Assembly (NCBI GenBank): GCA_964016885.1
Contig: OZ024749.1
Location: 35,960,001-36,024,000 of the forward strand
Direction of reading: 5' to 3'
From: Eledone cirrhosa
Taxonomy: Eukaryota
DNA: 64,000 nucleotides
A model generated the notes under the pieces. It saw only the letters and a program-made list of their open reading frames with translations. It ran no database searches and had not been told where the DNA came from. The translations under genes and the position numbers were made by a program. Shown in pieces: positions 10,226 to 24,210 of this stretch. Each line of letters opens with the position of its first letter. Position 1 is the stretch's first letter.

Positions 10226-10620
10226 TGAAAGAGATGGTATCACTGTATGAGGCTATTGTCCCCATACACAAGACATTAGAAAAAGATGGTATCACTGTGG
10301 TTGACTGCTGTCCCTCAACTACACAACAGTCCATTAGAAAGAGATGGTATCACTGTGTGACTGCTGTCCCTCAACTACACAACCTTCCATTAGAAAGAGA
10401 TGGTATCACTGTGAAGCTACTATCACTCAAAGAGATGGTATTACTGTGTGAGGCTACTATCACTCAAAGAGATGGTATCACAGTGAGGGGTTACTGTCCC
10501 TCAAAGAGATGGTATCATTGTGAGGGGTTACTGTCCCTCAAATATACAACATTTCATTAAAAAGAGATGGTGTCACTGTATGAGGCTACTGTCCCTCAAA
10601 TATACAACATTCCATTTGCT
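10226..10620. repeat. Minisatellite (AAAGAGATGGTATCACTGTG..ACTGTCCCTCA)
   Basis: About 8 imperfect units of variable length. Confidence 0.85.
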
Positions 10621-10728
10621 TCGACAAGATTTTTTTTTTATTGTTGTTACATGGTACTGTTCAGAAACACTATTTCCCGTATTAGACTGCCTGAAGATTT
10701 ATTACACATGAAAAATAGAGAAAGTTCC

Positions 10729-10772
<44 letters not shown>

Positions 10773-11094
10773 CACTGTTCAGTATTTTCTAAATTCTATA
10801 TGATGTAACTCCAAAATAAAGTTCCTGATTGCTTCAGCAAACATTTGAAATGTTATGGATAAGTGACAAATAATGGGAGTGTTTTAGATTTGAATTTATG
10901 GCCAATACTGACAGGCTATCTCACTAGATTGGCTCTGTTAAACATCTATTGTCTCGGGTAGTTTCTAAAACACTCCTGATAGCAGGCTAAAGAAGAGGGC
11001 AAGCTCTATACACAAAATGTTTTCATCTGCCAAAAATTTAAAAAAAATAGCTTTTATTCTTGTGAGAAAGAAAAAAAGATTCCAATATTGTGAT

Positions 11095-11595
11095 TCTTCT
11101 TTGAGAAAAAGTGTGTGTGTTAGTACCATTATTGGTGTTGTGTATCATTCCTTGAGAGCAAGAGAGAGTGTGTGTATGTGTGTGCTATCATTGTGTTTGT
11201 CTTCATTGAAAGAGAGAAAGAGTGTGTGTGTGGTTCCTTAAGAGAGAGAATGTGTTTGTGTGTTGTTCCTTGTGTAAGAGATAGTGTGTGTGTGTGTGTG
11301 GTTCCTTTAAAGCGAGAGTGTTTTGTGTGTGGCTCCTTGAAAGAGAGAGTGTATTTCATTATTGTGGTTGTGTGGTTCCTTGAGAGAGAATGTGTGTGTA
11401 CCATTACTGTGGCCATATTGTTCCTTGAGAGAGAGAGTGTGTGAGTGTGTGTGTGTGTGTACCATTATTTTGGTTATGTGGTTCCTTGAGAGAGAGTGTG
11501 AGTGTATGCGTGTATCATTACTGTGGCCATGTTGTTCCTTGAGAAAGAGAGAGTGTGTGTGAGTGTGTGGTTCCTTGAAAGAGAGAGTGAAAAAG
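11095..11595. repeat. Minisatellite (GTTCCTTGAGAGAGAGAGTGTGTG)
   Basis: Repeated imperfect unit with GA/GT expansions. Confidence 0.8.
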
Positions 11596-12395
11596 TGAGA
11601 GTATATTTTACCAAGTTGCTGAGATACAGAAGTAACCTTCTTTTTTAAGGATCAATAAACCATTTTTAATGGAACATTAACTTTGAGATGTTCTGTTAAG
11701 ATGATTCTGTTGGAATATTTTTCACAACATATCAACTGTGGAACTCTGATGCTCTGTTAACACAGTAAATAACTTCTAAAGACGATTCTGATGGAATATT
11801 TTCAAATTTTATCAACAAACAACATATCACTATAGAGCTCTGCTGGAACAGTATGGTAAATATGTCATCATCATCTTCATCATTTAATGTCCATTTTCCA
11901 TGCTAGCATGGGTTAGATGGGTTGTCCCATTACAGGCAAGTTGAGTCAGGTGATTGTGTCTTGCTCATAATATATATTTAATATATATATATCATCATCA
12001 TCATCATCGTCTAACGTCCATCTTCCACGCTAGCATGGGTTAGATGGGTTTATCCCACTTGAGGCAAGATTGGTCAGCTGACCGTGTCTCGCTCGCATAG
12101 AACTGTATTTGGCTGGTTTTCTACGGCTGGATGCTTTTCCTAATGCCAACCACATTTACAGTGTGAACTGGGAGCCTTTTTACTGTGTCTCCTACACAAC
12201 CACTTTACAGTGTGGACTGGATGTTCTGTGGTACCAACATATATATATATATATATATACTGAAACAGCTAATATAGAAAGGAAGGAATTGTACGTACAG
12301 CTTCAGTGAAGGCTACTTAGGCTATTCACCCATTGATGGATATTTCTGTTTATTGTATGTGTATGTCACTGTGTGTAATTGTGTATGTATATTAT

Positions 12396-12793
12396 GGAGG
12401 CACATGGCTTAGTGGTTAAAGCATTGGCCTTGCAATCGTAAGGTTGTGAGTTCAATTTTCAGACCGGGTGATATGTTGTTTCCTTGAGCAAGACACTTTA
12501 TTTCACATTGCTCCAGTTTACTCAGCTGTAGAAATGAGATGATAGGGACTTGGGTCCATATCATTCCACTGCAAAGTGGTCGTGGAGGTGCCACGGCAAA
12601 AAAGCACCCAGCACTCACTGTAAAGTGGACGTGGAGGCGCCACGGAAAAAAAGCACCCAGCACTCACTGTAAATGAGGTTGGTGTTAGGAAGGGCATCCA
12701 GCTGTAGAAATCAAGCCAGAATCAGTTCCCGTCCCACCCTTGCAAGCAGGAAAAAGCAGACGTAAAATGAAATGAATGAATGAATGAATGAAT
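12396..12793 (+). mobile_element. SINE family A
   Basis: A/B boxes, internal duplicated segment, (GAAT)n tail. Confidence 0.9.
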
Positions 12794-12816
12794 GTTAGTG
12801 TATCACTGCGTGTGTG

Positions 12817-12853
<37 letters not shown>

Positions 12854-14154
12854 TTTACGTCCGCTTTTTCCTGCTTGCAAGGGTGGGACGGGTCCTATTC
12901 AGCACATCACCTCTCCACTTGTCACGGCCCTTCATCATCTTCGTGTGTATGTCTATATATAGAGATAGATAGATCTGCTTGTATATGTTAGCCAATGTGT
13001 CAGTGCATACATGTATGTTGGTGTGCACGTATATATTGAATGGTTGCTGTATGTCGTTATTTTAACCACATATAAATAAATCTTTAAAACCTACTTTAGA
13101 ACAATTTTATATTCTCTGCCATTTCAGTCTGGTTGGCCATTAATGGAAGAGAAGAGAGGAAGAGAGAGACAGAAGATTTTCTTCCAACAGCCATGTTACT
13201 GCAATAATGAAGAATTCAAAGAGTTCCAATTTAGTCTGTTTAAACGTGAAATACAATTTAATGGTAGATGATGAATAATTCTTTTGTTTCCTTCCATTAT
13301 GGACAAAACAACACAACTGGTGGAATTAATAATTCCTCTCCAAGACTCGCTCCACCAGTAGATCCACCCAATCTATTTTTTTTTTAACGATCTCTGAATA
13401 CTCTTCCTCATCCTCCTCCTCTTCATTTTCCTCCTTCTATCTTCATCTTTTATTATTTTATTCCATTATGTCCAACAGCAGAGCATAAAATTTAATGCTG
13501 TGCCATTTTGTTTTTACCATTTTATTTAGATTGTTTAAAACAAAAAAAAACAAATCTTCCCAAAGCTGATCTGTTTAGCACAGGAACCACTAAAATATTC
13601 AGAAAGCGCTGTCTAGTATTTCATTTCCAAAGCTAAAGAATTAACACATGAGTTATAACCTGAGAATTCTAATGTAATTAGTGAAGATAAGATAATTTCT
13701 CTCATAATACAATTGTTTCTTTCCTTCCCCTACCATCACCACTCGGTGACGCCAATCTGATAAGCTATTCAGATTCAAGAAGTGTGAGAATCTTAGTTCT
13801 AAAACAAACCAATAATAATGGAAACAGACAGAAAAGATAGAATTCTGTTTTTCATTATGTATATTACCACTTTAGCCTTATACAGCCATTGCTTCTGAAA
13901 CTAAAAAAAAAAGAATTAATCACATCCTTGTATATAATAAATTCAACACCGAAGTAGAGTCATGTCTATGTAAATTATTTTGAAAGTTTATACCATGTTA
14001 TCCATCAAGATCTTGATGTCACACAATTATTTTGCTACGATATTCAGTTTATCTATGATATTAAAGAATGTAAAACAACTGGATGTTTAACAAATATTAC
14101 TAATATATCAAATACCATTTATAAACAATTGTTATCGAGCCCTAATAATAACAT

Positions 14155-14498
14155 GGAGGCACATGGCTTAGTGGTTAGAGCATTGGCCTTGCAATCGAAA
14201 GGTTGTGAGTTCAATTCTCAGACCGGGTGATGTGTTGTGTCCTTGAGCAAGGCACTTTATTTCACATTGCTCCAGTTTACTCAGCTGTAGAAAAGAGATG
14301 ATAGGGACTGGGGTCCGTATCATTCCACTACAAAATGGTCGTGGAGGTGCCACGGCAAAAAAGCACCCAGCACTCACTGTAAATGAGGTTTGTGTTAGGA
14401 AGGGCATCCAGCTGTAGAAATCAAGCCAGAATCAGTTCCCGTCCCACCCTTTTAAGCAGGGGAAAGTAGACGTAAAATGATGATGATGAATGATGATG
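14155..14498 (+). mobile_element. SINE family A
   Basis: A/B boxes and (GAT)n tail. Confidence 0.9.
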
Positions 14499-14865
14499 CA
14501 CAAGGCCCAGCTGAAATGTGTGTAGACACTTTATTTCACGTTGCTCCAGTCTACTCAGCTGTAGAAATGAGTTGTGACATCACTGGTGCCAAGCTATATC
14601 GGCCTTTGTCTTTCCCTTGGACAACATTGGTGGTATAGATAGGGAAGACTGGAGACTGGTATGCATGGGTGACTACTGGTCTTCTACAAACAGACTTGCC
14701 TGGATTTATGCCACGGAGGGGAACTTTCTAGGTGCAAATCCCATGGTCATTCGTGACTGAAGAGGGTCTTTACCCTTTTTAATTTAATGTATAGTAATGG
14801 TATTATATATATTTATACTGGGACACTCTGCACAATAAATATAAATATATATATATATATGTTTA

Positions 14866-14915
<50 letters not shown>

Positions 14916-15189
14916 TATATATATGTTTATATATATGATATATATATATATATATATATATATGTTTATATATATGATATATAAATATATATATATATAT
15001 ATAGTAATAATAATAAATTTGAAGACTAAAATCCAAAGAGGGTTCGATTCTTTGCTTAGACTTTAATCTGTTATTTTAATAAATAAATATATATATATAT
15101 ATATACATATATAAAATATATATGTGTGCAGGGTATAGGAGTGTTATTGTATGTATGTATAAATGTGCAGTTTATAGAAGAGCTATTGT

Positions 15190-15985
15190 ATCATCATCAT
15201 CATCATCATCACCGTTTTACGTCCGTTCTTCCACGCTAGCATGGGTTAGATGGGTTGTCCTGTTATGGGCAATAGCCGGTCGGCTGACCATGCCTTGCTC
15301 ATACGGGAACTGATTCTGGCTTGATTTCTACAGCTGGATGCCCTTCCTAACACCAATCTCATTTACAGTGAGTGCTGGGTGCTTTTTTGCTGTGGCACCT
15401 CCACGACCACTTTGCAGTGGGAGGGTGTCATCATCATCATCGTTTAACGTCCATATTCCTCGCTTGCATGGGTTTGGACGGGAGTTTTCCCACTTGAGGC
15501 AAGAGTGGTTGTCTTGCTCACATAGGACTGTCTGGCGGGTTTTCTACGGCTGGATGCCCTTCCTAACACCAACCACATTTACAGTGTGGGGCTGGGAGGT
15601 TTTTACCCTGTTACCTACACGGCCACATTACAGCGTGGACTGTCTGGCGGGTTTTCTACGGCTGGATGCCCTTCCTAACACCAACCACGTTTACAGTGTG
15701 GAACTGGGAGGTTTTTACTGTGTTACCTACACGGCCACATTACAGCGTGGACTGTGTGTTTTTTTTGTCGTGACACCTACACGACCTCATTTGTTTCAGG
15801 CTGGATGTTGTGGTACCAACATAACTTTACATTGAAAGGGGTGGTGTGGATGGGGTGGGGGTAGTGGGACGGGGGGTGTATTTTGTTAGAGGTGCCTACT
15901 GACTGTAGTAGGTTTCACTTTGTACTTAGGTAAGGCGGGTCTTCTCTATTACTGTGTAGCGCCAAAGATCTCGGTCCAGTGACAT
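15190..15985 (-). mobile_element. Stacked RTE 3' UTR fragments
   Basis: Two (CAT)n tails; contains two copies of the 112-bp unit that is amplified at 27.3-28.6 kb. Confidence 0.75.
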
Positions 15986-16023
15986 TGTCTTGGAGAGGTA
16001 TATATATATATATATATATATAT

Positions 16024-16547
16024 TTAGTTAGGGAAGCAGAAAATTGCTTTTTGTGATCCAGTTCGTGGTTAAGAAAGCCAGTTTCATGGATGGTTTCAAC
16101 GTACGGTTAGGGGTAACTCCACAAGTTTGTAAGAATTCCGTTCAATCATGGAGTATAAAGTATAAAAGAGAAAACACAGGTAAGCATTAAGAGAAGGATT
16201 TTATTCAGGTATTTACGACCGTTTCATTGGTAAGTGCAACCTTTATATTGCTATACTGCAAATAGCAACCACTCAATTATAATTGTTGTTCACAGTCCAA
16301 ATTTTCAAAATAGTGAGTAAGTTACTCTTGAAATAATTCTTAATATGATATATTAATATGATATATTAAGAATTATTTCAAGAGTAACTTACTCACTATT
16401 TTGAAAATTTGGACTGTGAACAACAATTATAATTGAGTGGCTGCTATTTGCAGTATAGCAATATAAGGTTGCACTTACCAATGAAACAGTCATAAATACC
16501 TGGATAAAATCCTTCTCTTAATGCTTACCTGTGTTTTCTCTTTTATA
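16024..16547. mobile_element. Inverted-repeat HHR element in (TA)n
   Basis: ~185-bp arms 16161-16346/16363-16547; left unique segment similar to 18311-18400. Confidence 0.75.
16210..16312 (-). ncRNA. Hammerhead motif with U3-A8 core and long stem II insert
   Basis: TATT-TTGAAAA-TTTGG...CCAAT-GAAA-CGGTCGT-A-AATA; the mirror copy 16397-16498 has a decayed stem III. Confidence 0.5.
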
Positions 16548-16804
16548 TATATATATATATATGCTGGGATACTGCATATATATAGCACTACTATACACTG
16601 TACAATATATATGTGCAGTGTATAGTATTGACCTGTAGCTTTCACTATGTATTTATCTGTCTTTTTTCCTGTCAATCCCAAGGCACATATTATTATTATT
16701 ACTAATAATATTATTACTATAGAGATCGGTTCAGCTTCAGTCTTCACATAGTAATTATCTTCCTATCCAGATCTTTGTGTTGGGACAGGATTATAGTGGA
16801 TCTT

Positions 16805-17230
16805 GACAGTGGTGGTGGTGGTGGGGCTGAGGTGGTGGTGGTGGGGTAATAATTGTGATGGATATGATGGTGACGATAATGATGATGATGGTGATGATTG
16901 GTGACAAAATAAATAGAAAGCTATAGATTGGGGAAATGTTCAATTGTATTTTCTGACAATGAGAAAATCTTGTCATTAATAACATCTCTAAGTAGTAACA
17001 GCAGCAGTAGTAGTAGAAGTAGCAGCAGCAGCAGTAGTGGTGGTGGTAGTAGTAGTAGTAGCAGCAGCAGTAGTAGTAGTAGTGGTAGTAGTAGTAGCAG
17101 CAATAGCTGTAGTAGTAGTAGTAGTAGTAGTAGTAGAATTAGCAGCAGTAGTAGTAGTAGTAGTAGTGGTAGTGGTAGTTGTAGTAGCAGCAATAGCTGT
17201 AGTAGTAGTAGTAGTAGTACTAGCAATAGT
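16805..17230. repeat. (GGT)/(GAT)/(AGT/AGC)n microsatellites
   Basis: Trinucleotide runs. Confidence 0.9.
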
Positions 17231-17338
17231 ATGTTCAATTATCCAATGACAATTATCTATATTCAACATTCCACACAATAACTTCTGTGGTAAAATCCAC
17301 TCTGGAATATCAGAGGATATAAAATCATTGAGAAAACA

Positions 17339-17405
<67 letters not shown>

Positions 17406-17531
17406 CACAGCCTCTGTAGTCAACCTCCCTCACTCTCTCTTTAACACTTTCTTTCTTACATTTCTTTTGCTTTCATACTGTCTCTCTTCCTCTCTCTCTC
17501 TCTATATATATATATTTATATATGCGAGTGG

Positions 17532-17611
<80 letters not shown>

Positions 17612-18025
17612 CTTTCTCCCCCCCCCCCCCCCTGCTGTTCCCTGACAGCCAATCCCTACTCACTGCTGGAAGCTGCTTCCAATGCAAAGAAATAAAGATA
17701 TAAAAAGCCCCCCACCCCCACCCCCCACCATTAATTATATTCCAAAAAGAAAGTGAAGGTGAAGCAATGGTATTTGATGAATCTGATTCCACTCCATCAT
17801 TTATTGAATTACAGGGAGATAATGGTAAATGGTAAATGACTTATGGAGAAAGATTGCACTTTTGCTACACACACACACACACACACATATGCATACACAC
17901 ACACACACATGCATACATACACACACATATATGTGTATATTTATATATGAGTTAACTTTGGACTACAACTGCTTTCAAGGCTAAAATAACCATCCAAATC
18001 AGATCCATTTTGAAAAACATAAAAC

Positions 18026-18083
18026 AAGATGGGCCTGATGATTTAGATGTTTTTTTATCTTGAAATAGCTGGTAGCCCAACTT
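18026..18083 (+). ncRNA. Type I hammerhead ribozyme (canonical core)
   Basis: AAGATGGGC-CTGATGA-TTTAGAT..ATCTT-GAAA-TAGCTGGT-A-GCCCAACTT; a diverged inverted partner lies at ~17959-18008. Confidence 0.7.
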
Positions 18084-18310
18084 CAATGATGCGTTGATAT
18101 ATATATATATGTAATAGTAGTATTTATATTATGGTTATGATAATATTAACTGGAGTAGTTAAACTCCTTTACTGGTAGATTAATTTTAAAATTCTAGAAT
18201 TATAATATTATGGCCCAAGGGTGAAATGTTTTAAGCCAGCAGAATCATTTGTCAGTTTGATAATGCTTTGAATCTTCGGTGTTTTTGAAATTAATGTACA
18301 TATATATATA

Positions 18311-18710
18311 TGGGATAACAAATTATCGTTATAGGTAATCCAGTTAGAGGTTGTGAGTACTCTGTATTATGGATAGTTTTAACGTACAGCGTTGTTTGAC
18401 TCAACAAGAGGTTTCCTTAGTTAGGTGGCGAGTTCACAGGAATTCCTATGCAGGTTATTCTTGGAGTAATAATAGTGAAAGAGTGAAGAATAACATGGTC
18501 AACAGTCCAAAAAGGGTTTATTTACAGTATTAACAATTGTTTCATTGATTAGGATGTCTAAAGGTTGCTAATCACTCGAAGATGTGTCACACAACCTTAA
18601 ATACAGTGTATGCCTAATCAAATCCTCGGAATAACTGACAAAATTACACACGGTGTTTGTATTTATACTACGGAGAATTCTCCGTAGTATAAATACAAGC
18701 ATCAATACTA
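18311..18710 (-). mobile_element. HHR element ending in a perfect 42-bp palindrome
   Basis: Palindrome 18657-18698; HHR 18525-18637; TA flanks; related to the 16024-16547 element. Confidence 0.7.
18525..18637 (-). ncRNA. Hammerhead motif, U4C variant with extended stem II
   Basis: CAGTTATT-CCGAGGA-TTTGATTAGG...CCTAATCAAT-GAAA-CAATTGT-T-AATACTG. Confidence 0.65.
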
Positions 18711-20211
18711 TATATATGAAAGGAGCAAATCATCAGATTGGGCCAAGGAATCAATGATTTCATTGGTCTTTCTGTTGCTGATACTATCTTTTGGTCACAA
18801 CTCCTGGCAGAAGAAAGGAGCCAGTTGCCAGATAGAACTAAAGAAACAAGGTTTCCATTGGTCTTTCTATTGCTGAGACTATCTGCTGGTCGTCACAACA
18901 CCTGACTCCTGACAGAAAGAGTAATGGGAAATAAAGTATTTTGCTGAAGAATGTGTACCCCTCAGTCAGGGAATCAAACCCATGACCCTATAATTGGCAG
19001 TCCAACAACCTAACCACTGGGTTACTACATCTGTTATCAACATTAATACTGTGACCATTTCTGTACAGAGATCATCATAAAGGTTAAATAATGTTAATAA
19101 AATATATATTCTCAACTAATCTATATTGAGTACTCATTTATAACTAGTCTCTATTGATACCTTTTAAGGCAAGTGGTGACATTTGTTTATGTCCTTCATA
19201 AACTTAGCAGCTCAACAAGGATTAGCAGTATATATATATCTAGAGAGAGAGAATGGAATGCTGGAAGATTAAGGATTTCTATACAAATCATGTTATATAT
19301 AATGACAATAAAGATTTGGAATGGAATAAACAAGCACCTGTCTTCCAATGTAATGTTTCTATTTACATATAAACACAATTTATATATACATCATCATCAT
19401 CACTGTTATAAATACATGTCACATGTATAGTACACAACGAAAAAATGTCTTTATATCAAAAAGAACAGTTTTTGTATTTGACCGGTTTCACTTAAAACAA
19501 ATTTTCAAAATTTTTTTTTCATCTTTAATTTACTAGTTTTCCATTTGTAATATTTTAAGCAAAAACAGTCAAGCACGAAAGTGCAAAATCTATTCTTTTT
19601 TATGCAAATTTTTTTTTTTCATTTTGTACATTACACGTGACATGTATATAAAATAAAAACACATGTATTCCATACTTAAAAATAATATATGGGTTTGGCA
19701 TCAATATTACATGATACCTGTGAGGATGTTTAGCTTTTTCCGCCTTGCTCTCACTTATATAAATATCATGAAAGCTTGAGATTGCCTAAAAAAATATTTA
19801 GAAGGCAACATCAGTAATCCATGCTGCATTGTCTAACTGATGATGTGTTATGTCCTTGAATGTTTTATTTTGTGGGAGAGGGTACTCATTTTCATTGCTA
19901 ATATTTTGATTAGAATTCTTTGAAGTGAATGAATTGACTTCTGGCTGAAATCATGCTTGTTTTTTGATATGAAACTCTTTATTTTAAAGTGTTATATTTA
20001 TCTAAAAATCTTGCATCATAATTTCTTCCTCTATATTTCTTTCTCATTTCCATTCTCTCACTCTCTATCCTCCTCTGGAAGAAATCTGTTGTATTCAGGC
20101 ATGGAGAGGATTGGGTTCTGCCAGATTTTTAAAATGTCCCTTAGAAACACTCTATGCCAATACGGTGCCTCTACAACTCCCTCAAGACCATGTATTACTA
20201 CTGTTATTATT

Positions 20212-21470
20212 ATCACTGACAGTGGCTCATGGATGGATGTTGTTTACCTTGACTTTGCTAACGCTTTTAATTCTGTGCCACACAAAAGACTTATGGCAAA
20301 ACTCTCTGCAATGGGTGTGAGGGATGATCTTTTCGACTGGTTGAAATCCTTCATTCTCAGCCGAAAAGAGGTAGTCACGGTTCTAGGACAGCATTCTTCA
20401 CCATATGAGATGTCATCTGGTGTACCACAGGGATCTGTTCTTGGACCCTTTTGTTTGTGGCATATATTAATGACATAGATGCCAACTTACAGAATGCCAC
20501 GGTACTGAAATATGCAGATGACATCAAGCTGTACCTTGAAATCAAAAGGACTGATCCTGAAATCTACAACTCTTTCCTACAATCAGACCTGGACACAATG
20601 CAGCAATGGATCACAGACTGGCAACTGAAGCTGGCTGTGGACAAGTGTACCACCATGCATTTTGGGAGGATAAATCCAGTGTCCACATACTCCCTCAACA
20701 ACACTGATATCAAAAAGTCCTCTTGTGAACGTGACCTGGGCATTACTGTCAGCAACGATTTGCGTTGGACAAAGCATGTCTCTAAGATTGTCAAGAAGGC
20801 CGAGGGTGTCTTGGCATCACTCAGCAAGATCTTTTTTAACCGCTCTCCAGCCATCTATTTAAAACTGTATACAGCTATGGTACGACCACACTTGGAATTC
20901 GCATCATCAGTCTGGAACCCCTATCTTGCTAAGAACATTGACCTCCTGGAAACTGTTCAGAGACGTGCAACCAAGCGCATACCCTCCATACTCTGAACGC
21001 CTTGCTTCCCTGGGCATGGATTCATTGAAGCTCTGACGTCTGGCAATGGACTTGGTAAATACCCACAAAGTTATTAACCATCTCGCCAATTGCAACCCTG
21101 AGCACCTTTTTGATCTCCATGTGTCTAACACACGTGGACATGCCTACAAAATCAGAAAACAGCACAGCTCCCATGACTTTCGTAAACATTTTTTCATGCT
21201 CAGAGTTGCTGAAGCATGGAACAAACTGCCTGCGTCAGTTGTTAGCTGCCGAGACACTGCATCCTTTAAGACACTCATGCTTCCCGAAATACGCCAAAAC
21301 TACACCTGATGTACCCCTTCCATACACATGCACACATGTGTGTATCATGACTCATGCACTGTTCATTTTCCTGATGTTTGTACATTACCCTATGTACTAT
21401 ACATACACTTTTTGATGAGTTGTAGTGCACCTGAGCACTGTACACAATATTTCATTATTATTATTATTAT
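20212..21470 (+). mobile_element. CR1-like LINE, 5'-truncated with frameshifted RT
   Basis: DVVYLDFANAFNSVPH, SGVPQGSVLGP, YADD, ERDLGI, RPHLEFASSVWNPY, TRGH, WNKLP; (ATT)n tail. Confidence 0.92.
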
Positions 21471-21485
21471 CATCTCTCCACTATA

Positions 21486-21700
21486 GGGCAGTGGATTGGC
21501 AGTATCAGTAGAGCGTCGGACACCATGTGGCATAGAGTTACGGCCCTTTATAGTCAGAGTTCAAATCCCGCTGAGGTTAACTTTGCCTTTCATCCTTACG
21601 TGGTTGATAAAATAAAGTACCGGTTAACGTACTGGGATAGATTTAATCGACTTTTCCTCTCAAATTGCTGGCCTTGTGCCTATAGTAGAAATTATTATTA
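21486..21700 (+). mobile_element. SINE family B
   Basis: Same B-box and core as 3580-3770. Confidence 0.8.
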
Positions 21701-22259
21701 TCAATCCACTTGTTCCTACTGTTGTTGTTACTGCTGTTTTTTGTTGCTGCTATTGTTGTAGTTGTTATTAATGTTTTAAAGATAGAGGCCCCAGTCCTGT
21801 CATGTTGTTACAGCTCATACTGTTGTAGGTTTAACTGGCTTTCCCTGATGTTACATCTCATATGAGGTTTTTTAGGGTGTTTTAATGACAGTGGCCCTAG
21901 TCCTATCATGAAAAGCAGCATAAAATGAAGTGTGCTGCTAAAGAACAGAATGCACTGCTTGATCCAGGAATCAAACCAACAACCTTGTGATTGTCAGTCC
22001 AACATATTAGCCACTAGACCATGCACCATCACATAACCTAATAACAATTTTGAAAGACAATTATTTGCCAAGATTGAAGAGATTACAATGTGACTGAGTT
22101 GAAAAACAAGTGAAGATCTTAAGTCTAGATTTTATGTAAGCATTGTCACTGTATCAGATTGGACAAAATACACAGAGAAAATCTAGGGATTAAAAGACAA
22201 AAATAGATTTTAAGAGATGACAGCTTAAACTTGTCTGAAAATATTTCAATGAAGAATTT

Positions 22260-22290
<31 letters not shown>

Positions 22291-22479
22291 TCTATTTTAT
22301 TTTCTTGAGTTGAAGCTAAGAAATATTTGTGGTAATAACCTGATGTAAAAGGAGTAAGCATGGCTAAGTGGTTAAGGAGTTCATTTTGTAATTATGATTC
22401 TCTGTGATCAAACCTACTGTGCAGCACCTTGGGAAAATGTATTCTACTATAGCATCGATTATATTTCTACTATAGTTAT

Positions 22480-22745
22480 CGATCATTTTTGCCAGGGTAT
22501 TCATGAGGGATGACATTTCTGCTCCATAGAAGAGAACAGAGAAAACCAACATATAGATATGAGCTTCATCTTCTGGGAGACAGAGCAGTGGCACCAGAGG
22601 GACTTCCATAGGGACTGCATGACCCCCAGCAGTCAAACTACATCTTCGGTTGATCTCCAGGGCCAGGTTTCTCTTGTTGATGACCGTAGAGCCCAAGAAA
22701 GTGAAGGAGCTGACAAACTCCATGACATCGGGGCTTATATTAATT
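22480..22745 (-). mobile_element. Degenerate RTE-like RT fragment
   Basis: EFVSSFTFLGSTV and VLFYGAE motifs. Confidence 0.6.
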
Positions 22746-22870
22746 GCCCTAACATAAATATAAACAAAGTGACTCCAAACCAAAACTGTCCATAAAGATG
22801 CATACCACACTAGATATAAAGTAAAACTAATCACACCCTTCAGAACTATACCCAAAATACTCCTAGCATA

Positions 22871-22925
<55 letters not shown>

Positions 22926-22927
<2 letters not shown>

Positions 22928-23272
22928 TCATCATCATCATTTTACGTCCGCTTTTCCCTGCTTGCAATTTCCCTAGCTTGATTTCTACAGCTAGATGCCC
23001 TTCCTAACACCAACCTCATTTACAGTGAGTGCTGGGTGCTTTTTTTCCGTGGTGCCTACACGTCCACTTTACAGTGTGGGCTGGGTGCTTTTTTGCCATG
23101 ACACCTGCATGACCACTTTGCAGTGGAATTATATTTCTACAGCTGAGTAAACTGGAGCAATGTGAAATAAAGTGTCTTGTTCAAGGAAACAACACATCAC
23201 CCGGTCTGAGAATTGAACTCACAACCTTTCGATTGCAAGGCCAATGCTCTAACCACTAAGCCATGTGCCTCC
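22926..23272 (-). mobile_element. SINE family A
   Basis: Reverse-complement copy with a (CAT)n tail. Confidence 0.88.
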
Positions 23273-23288
23273 ATATGTACATATATAT

Positions 23289-23324
<36 letters not shown>

Positions 23325-23852
23325 AGTGTGTATATACATATATATGTTTATATACACACTCACACACACATATATATATATATATACATACATGTATGTG
23401 CATATATCTGTATATATATATATATATATATATGTATAATCATACACACACACATTTCTACTGCTCCAAAACATGTGTTCTGTGTTCTGCTATTATTTAC
23501 CATTCTTTACGGCCCTTGCCATTCTGAGTTCAAATCTCATCGAGGTTAACTTTGCCTTTCATCCTTACGGGGGACGATAAAATAAAGTACCAGTAATACA
23601 CTGAGTAATTGCTGGCCTTGTGTGTGCCAATAGTAGAAACAATTATTTACCATTCTTTACAAGTGCAGTAAATTCCATTCATGTGAAATCCAAATAGTGG
23701 AAGCTAATATGTGAGCTGTGTACATGAAACTCTCCGAGATACACCTACAAGCTATCTATAACTTTTGTTAATGTAAGCCATCTCTCGTGCTAGAGGACTG
23801 TTAAGGTTTTCTCTAGTGTGACTTGTGGCAGTAAACTTGCTCACATTTTGCT

Positions 23853-24088
23853 TTCTCTCTCTCTCCCCTCTCTCTCTCTCTTACTCTTTGTCTCTTTCTC
23901 TCTTTCTCTCACTCTTTCTCTCACTCTCCTTCTTCTTCTTCTTCTTCTTCTTCTTCTCTCTCTCTCTCTCTCTCGCTCTCTCTCCCCCCTCTCTCTCTTA
24001 CTCTTTGTTTCTTTGTCTCTTACTCTCACTCTTCTTCTTCTTCTTCTTCTTCTTCTTCTTCTTCTTCTTCTTCTTCTTCTTCTTCTTC

Positions 24089-24150
<62 letters not shown>

Positions 24151-24177
24151 ATATATATATATGTGTATATATGTGTA

Positions 24178-24210
<33 letters not shown>

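Noticed and set aside
10684-10720. CTGAAGA...GAAA hammerhead-like text
   Set aside because: No stem I, II or III pairing
13120-13370. Possible exon in unique sequence
   Set aside because: Short frames, no recognisable protein and no clear donor
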